Source: an uncultured Candidatus Saccharibacteria bacterium (lineage in GTDB: Bacteria > Patescibacteriota > Minisyncoccia > UBA6257 > JACOXY01). Taken from it: a stretch of 64,000 bases of DNA. The notes beneath the pieces were generated by a model that was not told the origin of the DNA, ran no database searches, and saw nothing but the letters and a program-made list of their open reading frames with translations. The position numbers and the translations under genes are program-made. The stretch spans positions 2,602 to 66,601 of the forward strand of contig CAYHMC010000001.1 in NCBI GenBank assembly GCA_964357615.1, read 5' to 3'. Within the stretch, counting starts at the first letter, position 1. Each line of letters starts with the position of its first letter. Of the stretch, positions 17,647 to 28,312 are shown piece after piece.

Positions 17647-20247
17647 ATGGTAAAAAAACTACTGGAACAATTATTTCTCCCAAACAACATAAAGCCTCTG
17701 GTTTATAAAATTACATTAACTCCAGATTTAGAAAGTCACACTTTTGATGGAAAAATAAATATCGCTTTAAATATATTAGAGGCAACTAATTGTATTATTT
17801 TGCATGCAAAAGATTTAAAAATAAAAAGTGTTTTTCTCGATATTGCTGGAAAACAGATTATCCCAAGTGAAATTATTCTCGACAAAGAAAATGAAAAACT
17901 AGCATTAATTTTTAGCGAAGATTTAAAACCCGGAGAAACATACCTTAATATTTTATATTCTGGTATATTAAACGACCAAATGTCAGGATTCTATAGAAGT
18001 ACTTATATAGTTGAAGGGGAAAATCGAATGATGGCAGTTACACAATTTGAAGATACTTCGGCTAGAATGGCGTTTCCGTGTTTTGATGAACCAAATATAA
18101 AAGCAAGATTTAAAGTAGAATTAATAGTTCCTAAAAATCTTGATGCATTATCAAATACTAAAATAGAAAAAGTAGTCTCAAATGGTTCGAGTAAAACAGT
18201 AACTTTTGAGGAAACGCCAATAATATCAACATATATATTAGCGTTTTGTGTTGGCGAGTTTGAATGCATTGAATCACTTGAACGAAAAGGGATGCCTAGG
18301 ATAAATGTTTATACAACCTCAAATAAAAAAGAACTTGGTCGCTTTGCCCTAGGGGTAGCAGAATCAATAATTGTAAGATGTAGCGAATATTTTGATCATC
18401 CCTACATGGGTACAAAGCTCGATCTTATTGCCATTCCTGATTTTGCCGCTGGAGCAATGGAAAATCTTGGTCTTATAACTTTTAGAGAAAGTGCAATTTT
18501 AATTGATGAGAAAAATTCTTCCAGAAGCGCCAAGCAAAATGTTGCTATAACTGTGGCGCATGAAATTGTTCATATGTGGTTTGGAAATCTTGTAACAATG
18601 AATTGGTGGGAAGAGCTTTGGTTGAATGAATCTTTCGCAACAGTCATGTCATATTATTTTGTAAATGAACTTTTTCCAGAATGGAATGCTTGGAATAAAT
18701 TTATGGTTTACGAATATTCTTCTGCATTAAACGATGATGCACTGCGTTCAACTCACTCAATTCAAATGCCAATTAAAGCAAAACATGACATTGGTCAAAA
18801 TTTTGACACTATAAGTTATGAGAAAGGAGGTTCTGTGCTTAGAATGATAAAGGGTTATCTTGGCGACGATATTTTTATGGCTGGGCTTCAGCTTTATATT
18901 TCACGCCATGCATACGGAAATGCTAAAACTAAAGATTTGTGGCAAGCGCTAGAAGATGCATCGGGTAAGCCAGTGCGCAAAATTATGGAAAGTTGGATTT
19001 CTCAGCCCGGATACCCATTACTTGAAATTTCAGAAAAAAATGAGAATGAAGTTGTCGTAAGGCAACATAGATTTTTATCAAGTGGTGAACCATTACAAGA
19101 GGAAGAAGATAATCAAATTTGGCTAATAGAAACCAATTATATAAATAGCGAAAAAAAAATTGAAGCAATAAAGTTAGAAAAAAAAGAGGAAATTGTTTCT
19201 ATATCCAAAAAAAATCAATGGGTTAAAATTAATAATCATCAGCTTGGTTTTTTTCGGGTTAAATATCCCGAAGAATTTTTAAATAAGCTAAAATCTGGAG
19301 TAGCAAAAAAAGAAATTTCTTCTATCGATAGAATGGGTATTGCTGATGACCTTTATGCGCTAACTAGAGCAGGATTTATTCCGGCAACACAATTTCTATC
19401 ATTTTTGGAATCTTATCAGAATGAAAACGAATATATTGTGTGGGCGAGTATTATTCAAAGCTTAAGTGAACTTGAAATACTTTTTGAGCATGATAAAAAA
19501 GCAACAGAAATATATCATATATTCGCTAGAAGTATAATTAAAAATATTGCAAAAAAAATAGGATGGGATGAGAAAAATAGTGAAAGTGATGACGATAAGT
19601 TTCTTAGGCCAATAGTGCTTGGCGCATATGGTCATTATGGCCATATAGAGACCATTACAAGGTCACGCGAATACTTTAGAGCATATTGTAGTGATGGGGA
19701 GGCAGTTAATCCAGATTTAAGGAATATGGTCTGTCGTATAGCTGCTAAACATGGAAATGAAGAAGACCATGACATTGTGCTTAATAGATATCGTCACGAA
19801 ACACATCCAGAAGAAAAATTAAGATTTCTTAGAACTTTAGGTGGTTTTCCTCATGACCATCTTGTTAAAAAAACATTGGAATTTGGTTTGGGCGGAGAAG
19901 TTAAATCGCAAGACCTGACTTCAATAATATATTCCACTGCGTTAAATGATAATCACGAAGCAGCAAAGTATACATGGTCATTTATAAAAAAGAATTGGGA
20001 TGAAATTCACAAGCGCCTTGGTCAAAGCATTGTTCTTTTAGAGCATACCGTAAAAGGGAGTGCGCATAGTTTAAATAGTCACGAAGAGGCGTTCGATTTT
20101 AAGAAATTTTTTGAAGCAAATCCAACTCCAAAAATTAGTAAAGCAATTTCGCAAACTTTGGAAATTATTAGCTCTCGCGCAAATTGGATTTCTCGCGATA
20201 GAGATAGCGCAACAAAATGGCTTCTAGACTGGTACAAGATGAAATAA
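17647..20247 (+). CDS. pepN: M1 family aminopeptidase (PepN/puromycin-sensitive type)
   Basis: GAMEN, HEIVH-x18-E (LWLNE), YEKG, FPCFDEP. Confidence 0.95.
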   Translation: MVKKLLEQLFLPNNIKPLVYKITLTPDLESHTFDGKINIALNILEATNCIILHAKDLKIKSVFLDIAGKQIIPSEIILDKENEKLALIFSEDLKPGETYLNILYSGILNDQMSGFYRSTYIVEGENRMMAVTQFEDTSARMAFPCFDEPNIKARFKVELIVPKNLDALSNTKIEKVVSNGSSKTVTFEETPIISTYILAFCVGEFECIESLERKGMPRINVYTTSNKKELGRFALGVAESIIVRCSEYFDHPYMGTKLDLIAIPDFAAGAMENLGLITFRESAILIDEKNSSRSAKQNVAITVAHEIVHMWFGNLVTMNWWEELWLNESFATVMSYYFVNELFPEWNAWNKFMVYEYSSALNDDALRSTHSIQMPIKAKHDIGQNFDTISYEKGGSVLRMIKGYLGDDIFMAGLQLYISRHAYGNAKTKDLWQALEDASGKPVRKIMESWISQPGYPLLEISEKNENEVVVRQHRFLSSGEPLQEEEDNQIWLIETNYINSEKKIEAIKLEKKEEIVSISKKNQWVKINNHQLGFFRVKYPEEFLNKLKSGVAKKEISSIDRMGIADDLYALTRAGFIPATQFLSFLESYQNENEYIVWASIIQSLSELEILFEHDKKATEIYHIFARSIIKNIAKKIGWDEKNSESDDDKFLRPIVLGAYGHYGHIETITRSREYFRAYCSDGEAVNPDLRNMVCRIAAKHGNEEDHDIVLNRYRHETHPEEKLRFLRTLGGFPHDHLVKKTLEFGLGGEVKSQDLTSIIYSTALNDNHEAAKYTWSFIKKNWDEIHKRLGQSIVLLEHTVKGSAHSLNSHEEAFDFKKFFEANPTPKISKAISQTLEIISSRANWISRDRDSATKWLLDWYKMK

Positions 20248-20269
20248 CCTACAATTTCGGCATATTCAT

Positions 20270-21400
20270 TTATGCCTTGATGGCGTTTCTTAAAACTGAC
20301 ATTATTTCTGCATTAATTACTTGAGGGTCAAGAATTTTTCTTAGATTGTTAATCTGCCTAGGCAATATTTGTTGTCCACAAAGCTGTTTCACCCTCTCGG
20401 TGACTTTATTACTATCTTCAAATGAAATAACCATATTTTCCAAACCTGCTGTTTTTAAGATTTCTGCGCATCCCATATTTTCACTTACTAATACTGGAAT
20501 ACCCATACAAACTGCTTCCATTGGGACGTTCCCAAATGTTTCAAATGTTGATGGGCATATAATTAAACCTTGAGAGGAATAGAATTTTAATAGTTCGCTA
20601 TGCGTCATCGGTGCTAGTCTGTTCATTGTTTTTGGAATTTGTTTTATTATTTGATCATTTGTTACAAAAAACGCTTCATGTCTCCACTTTTCTTTTAATA
20701 AAAGCTTGTGTATTTTAAAGAATTCTGGGAAATTTTTAATTTTATCCCATCTACCCACAGCAGCAATTCTTCTTTCTACATTTTTAGAAACCTGATATTT
20801 TTCAGGAATATTAAATGGGTTTGGTATTATGAAAGATTTTTCTATCGGTTTATTAAGTATTTCATTTTCAACCATATCTTTACACAAGCGAGAAGGAAAT
20901 ATAAAGTAATCAACTCTTTTCTGGAATGATTTCTCTATTGCATTAAAAAACTTCTTAGCTTTTGGTTTTGAATTTTCTGTTTCTTTTGAATATACCCCTG
21001 CATATCTTAAAACGATTGGAATGTTTAATTCATAAGCTGCAATTGAAATTAACCACGGAATATAATAGGTCCCATTTAAAAAAACCACATCAGGTTTACT
21101 TTGCATTAGTAATTTTTTGACTATCTTAATTATTGGCCTATATTTTATCTCCAAATCCTTAATTGATTTTGAGGAATATATTGATTCGAATATGGGGATA
21201 TCGTGTATATTTATTATATTGTGATCAAACCACTCTGAAGAAAGGTGTTGGAAAACTACTGGTCCTCGCATATACCTTCTGACGTTTAATTCAATACCAA
21301 CAACACCACTACCATTTCCATGGTAAAAATCTAAAAAACTTATATTTGATCGAGTAATACCACCAATGTATTCTCTGGTTACATTTGTTGCAATTTTCAT
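20270..21400 (-). CDS. GT4 family glycosyltransferase
   Basis: GGI, VGRWDKIKN, ETFGNVPME; start set at ATG 21400, 7 nt after TATGAT. Confidence 0.85.
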   Translation of the reverse strand: MKIATNVTREYIGGITRSNISFLDFYHGNGSGVVGIELNVRRYMRGPVVFQHLSSEWFDHNIINIHDIPIFESIYSSKSIKDLEIKYRPIIKIVKKLLMQSKPDVVFLNGTYYIPWLISIAAYELNIPIVLRYAGVYSKETENSKPKAKKFFNAIEKSFQKRVDYFIFPSRLCKDMVENEILNKPIEKSFIIPNPFNIPEKYQVSKNVERRIAAVGRWDKIKNFPEFFKIHKLLLKEKWRHEAFFVTNDQIIKQIPKTMNRLAPMTHSELLKFYSSQGLIICPSTFETFGNVPMEAVCMGIPVLVSENMGCAEILKTAGLENMVISFEDSNKVTERVKQLCGQQILPRQINNLRKILDPQVINAEIMSVLRNAIKA

Positions 21401-21524
21401 TATATATATCATAACACAAAACAATAAACTTTTCAAGTTTCTATCTAAGCGTAGAATGGGTCATATTTTTTAAATAAAATCACTACTTTTCAAAATCGCT
21501 AAACTTTAGTATTATTTATCCATT

Positions 21525-22523
21525 ATGAAATTAAGTCTTGGTATAGTTGGTCTTCCAAATGTTGGTAAATCCACGCTTTTTAAAGCTTTAACAAAAATTG
21601 ATATAACAATCGCAAATTATCCTTTTGCGACAATAGATCCTAATGTTGGTATAGTTACGGTTCCTGATGAACGAGTAAATAAACTCGCAGAGCTCTCAAA
21701 ATCTAAAAAGAAAATTCCTGCAGTAGTTGAGTTTTATGATATAGCGGGTTTGGTTAAGGGTGCGTCTTCTGGTGAGGGGCTTGGCAATCAGTTTTTGTCT
21801 CATATTCGTGAGGTGCAGGCAATTGTTCATGTTGTAAGGTGTTTTGATGGAGGAGACATTATACATGTTGAAAGTTCAGTAGATCCAATTCGTGACATTG
21901 AAACAATAAATACAGAACTTCAACTTAAAGATTTGGAAACTGTAGGCAGAAGGTTACATAGCGCCGAAAAAGAGTCTCGCGCAGGAATTAAAGAAGCTAC
22001 GGCGATTTTAGACACATTAAAGATAGCTAAAGATAGACTTGAAAAAGGTGAAATGCTCCGTGAGTTAAAAGATAATACTACAATTAAAGAATTACAGCTC
22101 TTAACAGCAAAAGAGATGCTTTTTCTTTTTAATGGTACCGAAAGTGATATTCAAGAAAATTTAAAAGAAAAAATAAAAAGTTTGGGTTATTCATATCTAG
22201 TAGGAGATTTGAGTGATTCAAATTTTGATTTAGCTCCACTTGTTCGAAAGGCTTATGAAATCTTGGATTTAATTAGTTTTTTTACAACCGGAGAAGATGA
22301 AACTCGTGCTTGGACAATAAGACGAGGTGCAAAAGCACCAGAAGCCGCTGGAACAATACATACTGATTTTGAAAAGAAATTTATTCGTGCTGAAGTTGTG
22401 CCTTATGTTAAATTAATTGAGGCAAAGACTTGGTCTGGGGCAAAACAAAAAGGATGGTTACGCCTTGAAGGTAAAGAATATGTTATGCAAGATGGTGACA
22501 TTGTTGAAATAAGACATGGTTAG
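21525..22523 (+). CDS. ychF: Ribosome-binding ATPase YchF
   Basis: GIVGLPNVGKST, NYPFATIDPN, DIAGLVKGAS, C-terminal TGS domain. Confidence 0.97.
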   Translation: MKLSLGIVGLPNVGKSTLFKALTKIDITIANYPFATIDPNVGIVTVPDERVNKLAELSKSKKKIPAVVEFYDIAGLVKGASSGEGLGNQFLSHIREVQAIVHVVRCFDGGDIIHVESSVDPIRDIETINTELQLKDLETVGRRLHSAEKESRAGIKEATAILDTLKIAKDRLEKGEMLRELKDNTTIKELQLLTAKEMLFLFNGTESDIQENLKEKIKSLGYSYLVGDLSDSNFDLAPLVRKAYEILDLISFFTTGEDETRAWTIRRGAKAPEAAGTIHTDFEKKFIRAEVVPYVKLIEAKTWSGAKQKGWLRLEGKEYVMQDGDIVEIRHG

Positions 22524-22543
22524 TTTATAAAGATTTAACTTTG

Positions 22544-22572
22544 TTGACTAATTAAATAAAAATTCATATGCT
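22544..22572 (+). promoter_or_regulatory. sigma70-type promoter of the Ehr operon
   Basis: TTGACT-17 nt-TATGCT about 120 nt upstream of 22692. Confidence 0.6.
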
Positions 22573-22691
22573 ATTGTAGTTAATAAAGGCACTTCTAAGT
22601 AGTATATTTTGTAGCCTAAAAAGCCTATACACTGACCTTAAAATTTGCGATTGTAAAAAGCCGAGATTGACTCGGTATTTCTTATGAAATT

Positions 22692-23234
22692 ATGTTAAAA
22701 CTTTTCACCAAAATACTAAAAACTCCTAGAAATACGATATCTATAGATGAAATTAATAATGAGCATGCGGAAGTGTTGGCAGTCGGTCAGAAAATACATG
22801 AAAAAGTAAAGCGTTTATTTAGAGGCTCTCTTGCTATTAGGCAAGTAGATGCGGGATCAGACAATGCTTGTGAGCAGGAATTAGTAGCACTTTCCAATGC
22901 TTTTTACGATATAGAGCGTTTTGGAATACATTTTGTAGCGTCACCCAAACACGCGGACATGTTAATGGTGACTGGCCCAGTAACTAGAAATATGGCTGAA
23001 GCTCTAAAGAGAGCATACGATGCAACACCAGATCCAAAGATTATCGTAGCTCTAGGAGACGATGCGATAGATGGGGGAATTTTTAAATCATCTTATGCGG
23101 TTCTAGATGGCGTTAAAGAAGTAATCCCAGTAGACTACAGTATTCCTGGTGACCCACCCACACCAAAGGTAATTCTCAATCATCTTTTGAAAATATTAGA
23201 AGTTATTGATGAGAAGTCATTAAAGTCAAAGTAA
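22692..23234 (+). CDS. hyfI: Ehr/hydrogenase-4 small subunit (NuoB/HycG/HyfI-like) with three Cys-to-Asp substitutions
   Basis: DAGSDNACE, SPKHAD, TGPVTRNM, PDPKIIVALGDDA, IPGDPP. Confidence 0.9.
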   Translation: MLKLFTKILKTPRNTISIDEINNEHAEVLAVGQKIHEKVKRLFRGSLAIRQVDAGSDNACEQELVALSNAFYDIERFGIHFVASPKHADMLMVTGPVTRNMAEALKRAYDATPDPKIIVALGDDAIDGGIFKSSYAVLDGVKEVIPVDYSIPGDPPTPKVILNHLLKILEVIDEKSLKSK

Positions 23235-23235
23235 C

Positions 23236-25281
23236 ATGCTAGAAATATTTGCTTCATCACTTAGTTTTTTCGTTCTCCTATTCTTATTTTCCATTGGCGC
23301 AATTGGCTCTTTGGTTTTACGAAAAAATGATTGGATGGCAAATGGCTGGAGTAGTTTATTTGCAATTTCAGGTTCTATTTGGGGATTACTTTTATCAATT
23401 TCAATTTTTATAATGGGATCAGGAAAATCAATCTCACTTGGAAGATTTTCTTACCCGCTTCTAAATATTTCGTTTAATATAGATTTACTCTCAGTATTTT
23501 TTATATTTCTAATTTCCTTAATTACACTTTTCTGTTCAATATATGGAATTGGATATGTAAGACATTATTATAAAAAATATAACCTTGGTGTTCTAGGATT
23601 TTTTTACAACCTATTTATATTAGGCATGTACTTGGTTGTGACTGCGAGTAACGGATTACTTTTTTTAATTGCGTGGGAAGTTATGGCTCTAGCATCATAT
23701 TTTCTAGTAATTTATGACAGCAATGACCAAGAAAATATTAAAGCAGGATTCCTATATTTAGTAATGACTCATATTGGAACTGTCTTTATTACTATTTCAT
23801 TTTTGATGCTTTATAAATTTACTGGTTCATTTGATTTTGAAGCAATTAAAATTGGTTTGCCGTTTGTTCCACTTTACGCTAAAAATATTGTTTTTATTTT
23901 AGCTGTGCTTGGATTTGGAATGAAAGCCGGAATAATACCTTTGCATGTTTGGTTGCCCAAAGCTCATCCTGCCGCACCCTCCCATGTTTCTGGGCTGATG
24001 TCAGGCGTAATGATAAAAACTGGCATTTATATGATGATTAGAATGTTTATGGATATCCTCCAGCCAATTCCAGAATGGTGGGGATTTACATTAATGATAA
24101 TTGGTTCCGTTACAGCATTACTCGGAGTTCTTTATGCATTGGCTGAAAATGATATCAAAAGACTTCTAGCTTACTCCAGCATTGAAAATGTAGGTATTAT
24201 TTTGCTTGGATTGGGTAGCTCGCTTTCGTTTTATTCATTGGGCATGCATTCACTCGCGCTTCTTGGTTTAGTTGCGGCGCTATTCCACACTTTAAATCAC
24301 GCTATATTTAAGTCTCTTTTATTTTTGGGAGCAGGCTCTGTTATTTCGGAAACACATACTAGAAATATGGAAAACTATGGTGGACTTATAAAATACATGC
24401 CACAAACCGCATTATTTTTCTTAGTAGGTTCAATGGCTATATCATCTTTACCACCTCTTAATGGATTTTTTAGTGAGTGGATGACATTCCAAGCCATTTT
24501 TCAAGGAATAGCAACTCTGGGTATTTCTACAAGATGGGTATTTATTATTGCCGGAAGCTCACTTGCATTTACGGGTGGCTTAGCGCTTGCGTGTTTTGTA
24601 AAGGCATTTGGAACTATATTTTTAGCTCGACCAAGAAGTAGTGAAGTTAATCACGCCAGAGAATCTTCTATTTATTTGAAGATGAGCATGGGTTCGCTTG
24701 CGATTTTATCGCTACTTTTCGGATTGCTCTCTGGATTTGTATCGGCGTCAATTGAAAAAGTTGGTCGTGGCCTAAGTATTTTCAATGAAGTATCTTCTTT
24801 TGTATCAGTTTCACCATTTGGAAATATATCTGCCGGAAATTTGCCTTCGATCTCGGGTCCGTTAATGTTTGGTTCTCTAGTTGTAATAATATTAGGTGTT
24901 TTATTTGCAACAAAATATTTTGTTTATGGAGAGCAAAAAATAAAAATTGGAAACACTTGGGATTGCGGAATTGATTTAACTCCAAGAATGGAAATTACCT
25001 CAGCGGGATTTGCACACTCAATCATTACAATATTTAAAGGGGTGCTAAAACCAAGCTTACAACATGATGTTGAGTATCATGATGCAGATATCAGATATTT
25101 ACCAGAAACGAGAACTGTTACATTGAGTGTGAGAGATGTTTATCATCAATATTTATACAGACCACTAAATATTTTGGTAGAAGTATTATCAAAGAAAGCC
25201 AAAAAAATTCAAAGCGGAAATATTAATGCTTATATTCTTTATATTTTCATTGCATTATTAGTGGCATTGTATTTTGTATAA
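23236..25281 (+). CDS. hyfB: Ehr/hydrogenase-4 antiporter-like membrane subunit (HyfB-like)
   Basis: WEVM, KAGIIPLHVWLPKAHPAAPSHVS, KRLLAYSSIEN, HAIFKSLLF. Confidence 0.92.
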   Translation: MLEIFASSLSFFVLLFLFSIGAIGSLVLRKNDWMANGWSSLFAISGSIWGLLLSISIFIMGSGKSISLGRFSYPLLNISFNIDLLSVFFIFLISLITLFCSIYGIGYVRHYYKKYNLGVLGFFYNLFILGMYLVVTASNGLLFLIAWEVMALASYFLVIYDSNDQENIKAGFLYLVMTHIGTVFITISFLMLYKFTGSFDFEAIKIGLPFVPLYAKNIVFILAVLGFGMKAGIIPLHVWLPKAHPAAPSHVSGLMSGVMIKTGIYMMIRMFMDILQPIPEWWGFTLMIIGSVTALLGVLYALAENDIKRLLAYSSIENVGIILLGLGSSLSFYSLGMHSLALLGLVAALFHTLNHAIFKSLLFLGAGSVISETHTRNMENYGGLIKYMPQTALFFLVGSMAISSLPPLNGFFSEWMTFQAIFQGIATLGISTRWVFIIAGSSLAFTGGLALACFVKAFGTIFLARPRSSEVNHARESSIYLKMSMGSLAILSLLFGLLSGFVSASIEKVGRGLSIFNEVSSFVSVSPFGNISAGNLPSISGPLMFGSLVVIILGVLFATKYFVYGEQKIKIGNTWDCGIDLTPRMEITSAGFAHSIITIFKGVLKPSLQHDVEYHDADIRYLPETRTVTLSVRDVYHQYLYRPLNILVEVLSKKAKKIQSGNINAYILYIFIALLVALYFV

Positions 25282-25287
25282 CAAATT

Positions 25288-26220
25288 ATGATTATTTCTA
25301 CTACATTAATTCAATTAATTGTTACACCAGCGCTTTCCCCATTGGGTATTGGACTGATTAGAAAGATAAAAGCCAAGCTTCAGAATAGACAAGGAGCAAG
25401 TATCACACAACCGTATAGAGATTTATGGAAGCTTTTTCATAAAGACGAAGTGATAAGCAAAGATGCATCTTGGATTTTTAAATACGCGCCATATTTTGTT
25501 TTTGCGACCACAATTGTAGTTGGTTCTTGTATTCCATATATAGATTCCTTAGGACGAAGTATTTTAGCTCCAGACATGTTGGTTATTATTTATACTTTAG
25601 CAACAGGCACATTTTTTTTAGCATTGGCTGGAATGGATACCGGCGGTGGTTTCGGTGGTTTTGGATCTAGTCGTGAAATGACTATATCAGCCCTAGCTGA
25701 AGGGGGACTCATATTTTCATTTTTAACTTTATCAATAATTAGCCACACTACAAATTTACTCGAAATGGCAAATGGAATAAATTTAGCGTACGGAAATTTT
25801 TCCTTACCAATATTATTGGCTTTTTCAGGATATTTTATTGTGTTGCTTGCAGAAACATCAAGATTTCCATTCGATAATCCAGCGACTCATTTGGAACTTA
25901 CAATGATTCACGAAGCTATGATACTAGAATATTCTGGTAAAAAATTAGCCCTAATGGAATGGTCTGCCGCTAATAAGCTTTTTATTTTTGCTGTATTGGG
26001 TTCTAATTTATTTTTTCCTTGGTGGATAGCTTCTGGTGCAAGTATTTATTCTATTATTCAAGAGGTTATTGTTTTATTTATCAAACTATTACTCATCTAT
26101 ACCTCGATTGCATTATTAGAATCAAGCATCGCAAAATTTAGATTTTTTAGATTGCCAGATTTATTAATTATTTCATACATTCTTAATATTATTGCGATAG
26201 GATTAATAAATTACATATGA
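25288..26220 (+). CDS. hyfC: Ehr/hydrogenase-4 NuoH-like subunit (HyfC-like)
   Basis: KAKLQNRQG, QPYRDLWKL, GSSRE, RFPFDNPATHLELTMIHEAMILEYSG. Confidence 0.92.
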   Translation: MIISTTLIQLIVTPALSPLGIGLIRKIKAKLQNRQGASITQPYRDLWKLFHKDEVISKDASWIFKYAPYFVFATTIVVGSCIPYIDSLGRSILAPDMLVIIYTLATGTFFLALAGMDTGGGFGGFGSSREMTISALAEGGLIFSFLTLSIISHTTNLLEMANGINLAYGNFSLPILLAFSGYFIVLLAETSRFPFDNPATHLELTMIHEAMILEYSGKKLALMEWSAANKLFIFAVLGSNLFFPWWIASGASIYSIIQEVIVLFIKLLLIYTSIALLESSIAKFRFFRLPDLLIISYILNIIAIGLINYI

Positions 26221-26864
26221 TGATAATTTCTGAACAACTTTTGTTAACTCTATTTTTTGCAACAATTGTTTATTTTCATGTTGCGAAAAAAAATTATGGC
26301 GTTGCGATAACATATGGTATCCAGTCTTTTATTGTTGTCTTGTTGTTATTAAATTCATTCATGGAAACAAATTCAGTATCTCTACTTTTGATTGCATTTA
26401 TAGTTTTGATAGTAAAAGTGATTTTAACTCCTCTATTTATTATACAGCTGATTAAAAAACATGAATTAAAATTTTTAGTTAGTAGTTATACAAATACACC
26501 AATAACTCTTATCGTGGTTGCGATGCTTACCGCAGTTGCACATCTAAATATTTTTAAATCCCTGGTTAATATTGTTCCAGGCAACCAATCATTATTATTA
26601 CTAGCGCTATCGTCATTACTCATATCTTTATTTTTAATTGTAAACCGTAAGGGCGCATCTTCGCAGATTATTGGGATACTTTCGCTCGAAAACAGTATTG
26701 TGGTTTTTGCATTTTTTGCAGGCTTAGAGCAAGCAACCGCGCTTCAGATAGGCATTATATTTGATCTTTCTGTTTGGATAATAACGGCAACCGTTTTTAT
26801 GTCTATGATATATAGACATTTTGGTTCGCTCGATGTTACAGAAATGAAAAATTTAAAAGATTAA
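26217..26864 (+). CDS. hyfE: Ehr/hydrogenase-4 membrane subunit (HyfE-like)
   Basis: Multi-TM, QIIGILSLEN motif, operon position. Confidence 0.85.
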   Translation: MMIISEQLLLTLFFATIVYFHVAKKNYGVAITYGIQSFIVVLLLLNSFMETNSVSLLLIAFIVLIVKVILTPLFIIQLIKKHELKFLVSSYTNTPITLIVVAMLTAVAHLNIFKSLVNIVPGNQSLLLLALSSLLISLFLIVNRKGASSQIIGILSLENSIVVFAFFAGLEQATALQIGIIFDLSVWIITATVFMSMIYRHFGSLDVTEMKNLKD

Positions 26865-26868
26865 AAAT

Positions 26869-28311
26869 ATGGAACTTACAATTATTTTAATATCAACATT
26901 AGCAACTGCTATCATTTGCTTAGCGTCAAGACAAAGATTAATTATTGAATTCGCGTCTGTTATTTCTGCTTTTGTCACATTATTTGAATCTACACTTGTT
27001 GCGTTAAAAGTTTCTTCATTCGGGACATACACTCCTTATAAATTTATAACAATTGATTCATTGGGGGCAATCGTTATGCTTATCATTTCTCTTGTTGGGT
27101 CTGCAGCGGTGATGTATTCGGTTGCCTATCTTAGAGAAGAAACAAAAAAACAAATTATTGGATTCACTCGGGTAAAACAGTATTTCGTATTGCTAAATCT
27201 TTTTTTAGCCGCAATGTTTTTAGCTGTCGCATCAAATAATCCCATTCTTACTTGGATTTCAATTGAAGCCACCACACTTTCAACAGCTTTCTTAATTAGT
27301 TTTTATAATAAACCAACATCACTAGAAGCAGCGTGGAAGTATTTGGTAATTAATTCTGTTGGCTTACTTTTGGGATTTTTTGGAACTTTACTTTATTTTA
27401 CTTCCTTTAAGTTGGTTGGCGAAGCGAATACAATTTCGTGGAATACCTTACTTTTGAATGCTGGTTATCTTGATCCAATGATTGCAAAAATAGCATTTGT
27501 TTTTGTACTTATAGGTTATGGTACAAAAATTGGTTTTGCTCCTATGCACACATGGCTTCCAGACGCTCACAGCAAGGCGCCTGCGCCAATTAGCGCGTTA
27601 CTCTCTGGAGTGTTGCTTAATGTTGCCTTTATTGCAGTTTTGCGGTTTAAATTAGTTACTGATGCGGCTGTTGGAATTGATTTTTCTAGAAACTTATTAA
27701 TTATTTTTGGTCTGCTTTCAATATTTGTAGCTTCGCTTATAATTTTCACGCAAAAGAATTACAAACGTATGCTGGCTTACTCAAGCATAGAGAATATGGG
27801 AATTATCGCGCTTGGTTTTGGTTTCGGAGGATTGGGAAGTGTCGCTGCTTTGCTTCATATGATCTATCATTCTTTACTTAAGTCTTCATTGTTTTTTTCT
27901 GCAGGAAACATATTTCTTAAATATAGTTCAACAAAAATTGATAAAATTAAGGGAACAATGAAAGCTTTACCAATCACTGCGGTACTATTTCTTATGGGAT
28001 TTTTCGCGATAACTGGTACGCCACCATTTGGTGTTTTTCTCACTAAAATATATATTTTATCAGCAGGCATGAGTGCACATCCAATAGTAACCGTTATTTC
28101 TTTTGTGCTTATGTCTTTGGTATTTGTAGGATTTTTTCAGAAAGCTGCAGCGATGACATTTGGTGAAAAACCACAAGGTATTGATTCTGGAGAAAATAAT
28201 GTTTGGCTTATTATTCCTTCGATGGCATTTATAACAATTGTAGTTTGTTTAAGTTTTTATATCCCACCATTTTTAATCAATTTATTAAACAGCACAGCTT
28301 CACATTACTAA
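26869..28311 (+). CDS. hyfF: Ehr/hydrogenase-4 antiporter-like subunit (HyfF-like)
   Basis: EATTL, EAAWKY, GYGTKIGFAPMHTWLPDAHS, KRMLAYSSIE. Confidence 0.92.
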   Translation: MELTIILISTLATAIICLASRQRLIIEFASVISAFVTLFESTLVALKVSSFGTYTPYKFITIDSLGAIVMLIISLVGSAAVMYSVAYLREETKKQIIGFTRVKQYFVLLNLFLAAMFLAVASNNPILTWISIEATTLSTAFLISFYNKPTSLEAAWKYLVINSVGLLLGFFGTLLYFTSFKLVGEANTISWNTLLLNAGYLDPMIAKIAFVFVLIGYGTKIGFAPMHTWLPDAHSKAPAPISALLSGVLLNVAFIAVLRFKLVTDAAVGIDFSRNLLIIFGLLSIFVASLIIFTQKNYKRMLAYSSIENMGIIALGFGFGGLGSVAALLHMIYHSLLKSSLFFSAGNIFLKYSSTKIDKIKGTMKALPITAVLFLMGFFAITGTPPFGVFLTKIYILSAGMSAHPIVTVISFVLMSLVFVGFFQKAAAMTFGEKPQGIDSGENNVWLIIPSMAFITIVVCLSFYIPPFLINLLNSTASHY

Positions 28312-28312
28312 T

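Noticed and set aside
22573-22691. Fluoride, Mn2+ or Na+ riboswitch
   Set aside because: Conserved cores of these families are not recognisable; kept only as an unclassified leader.
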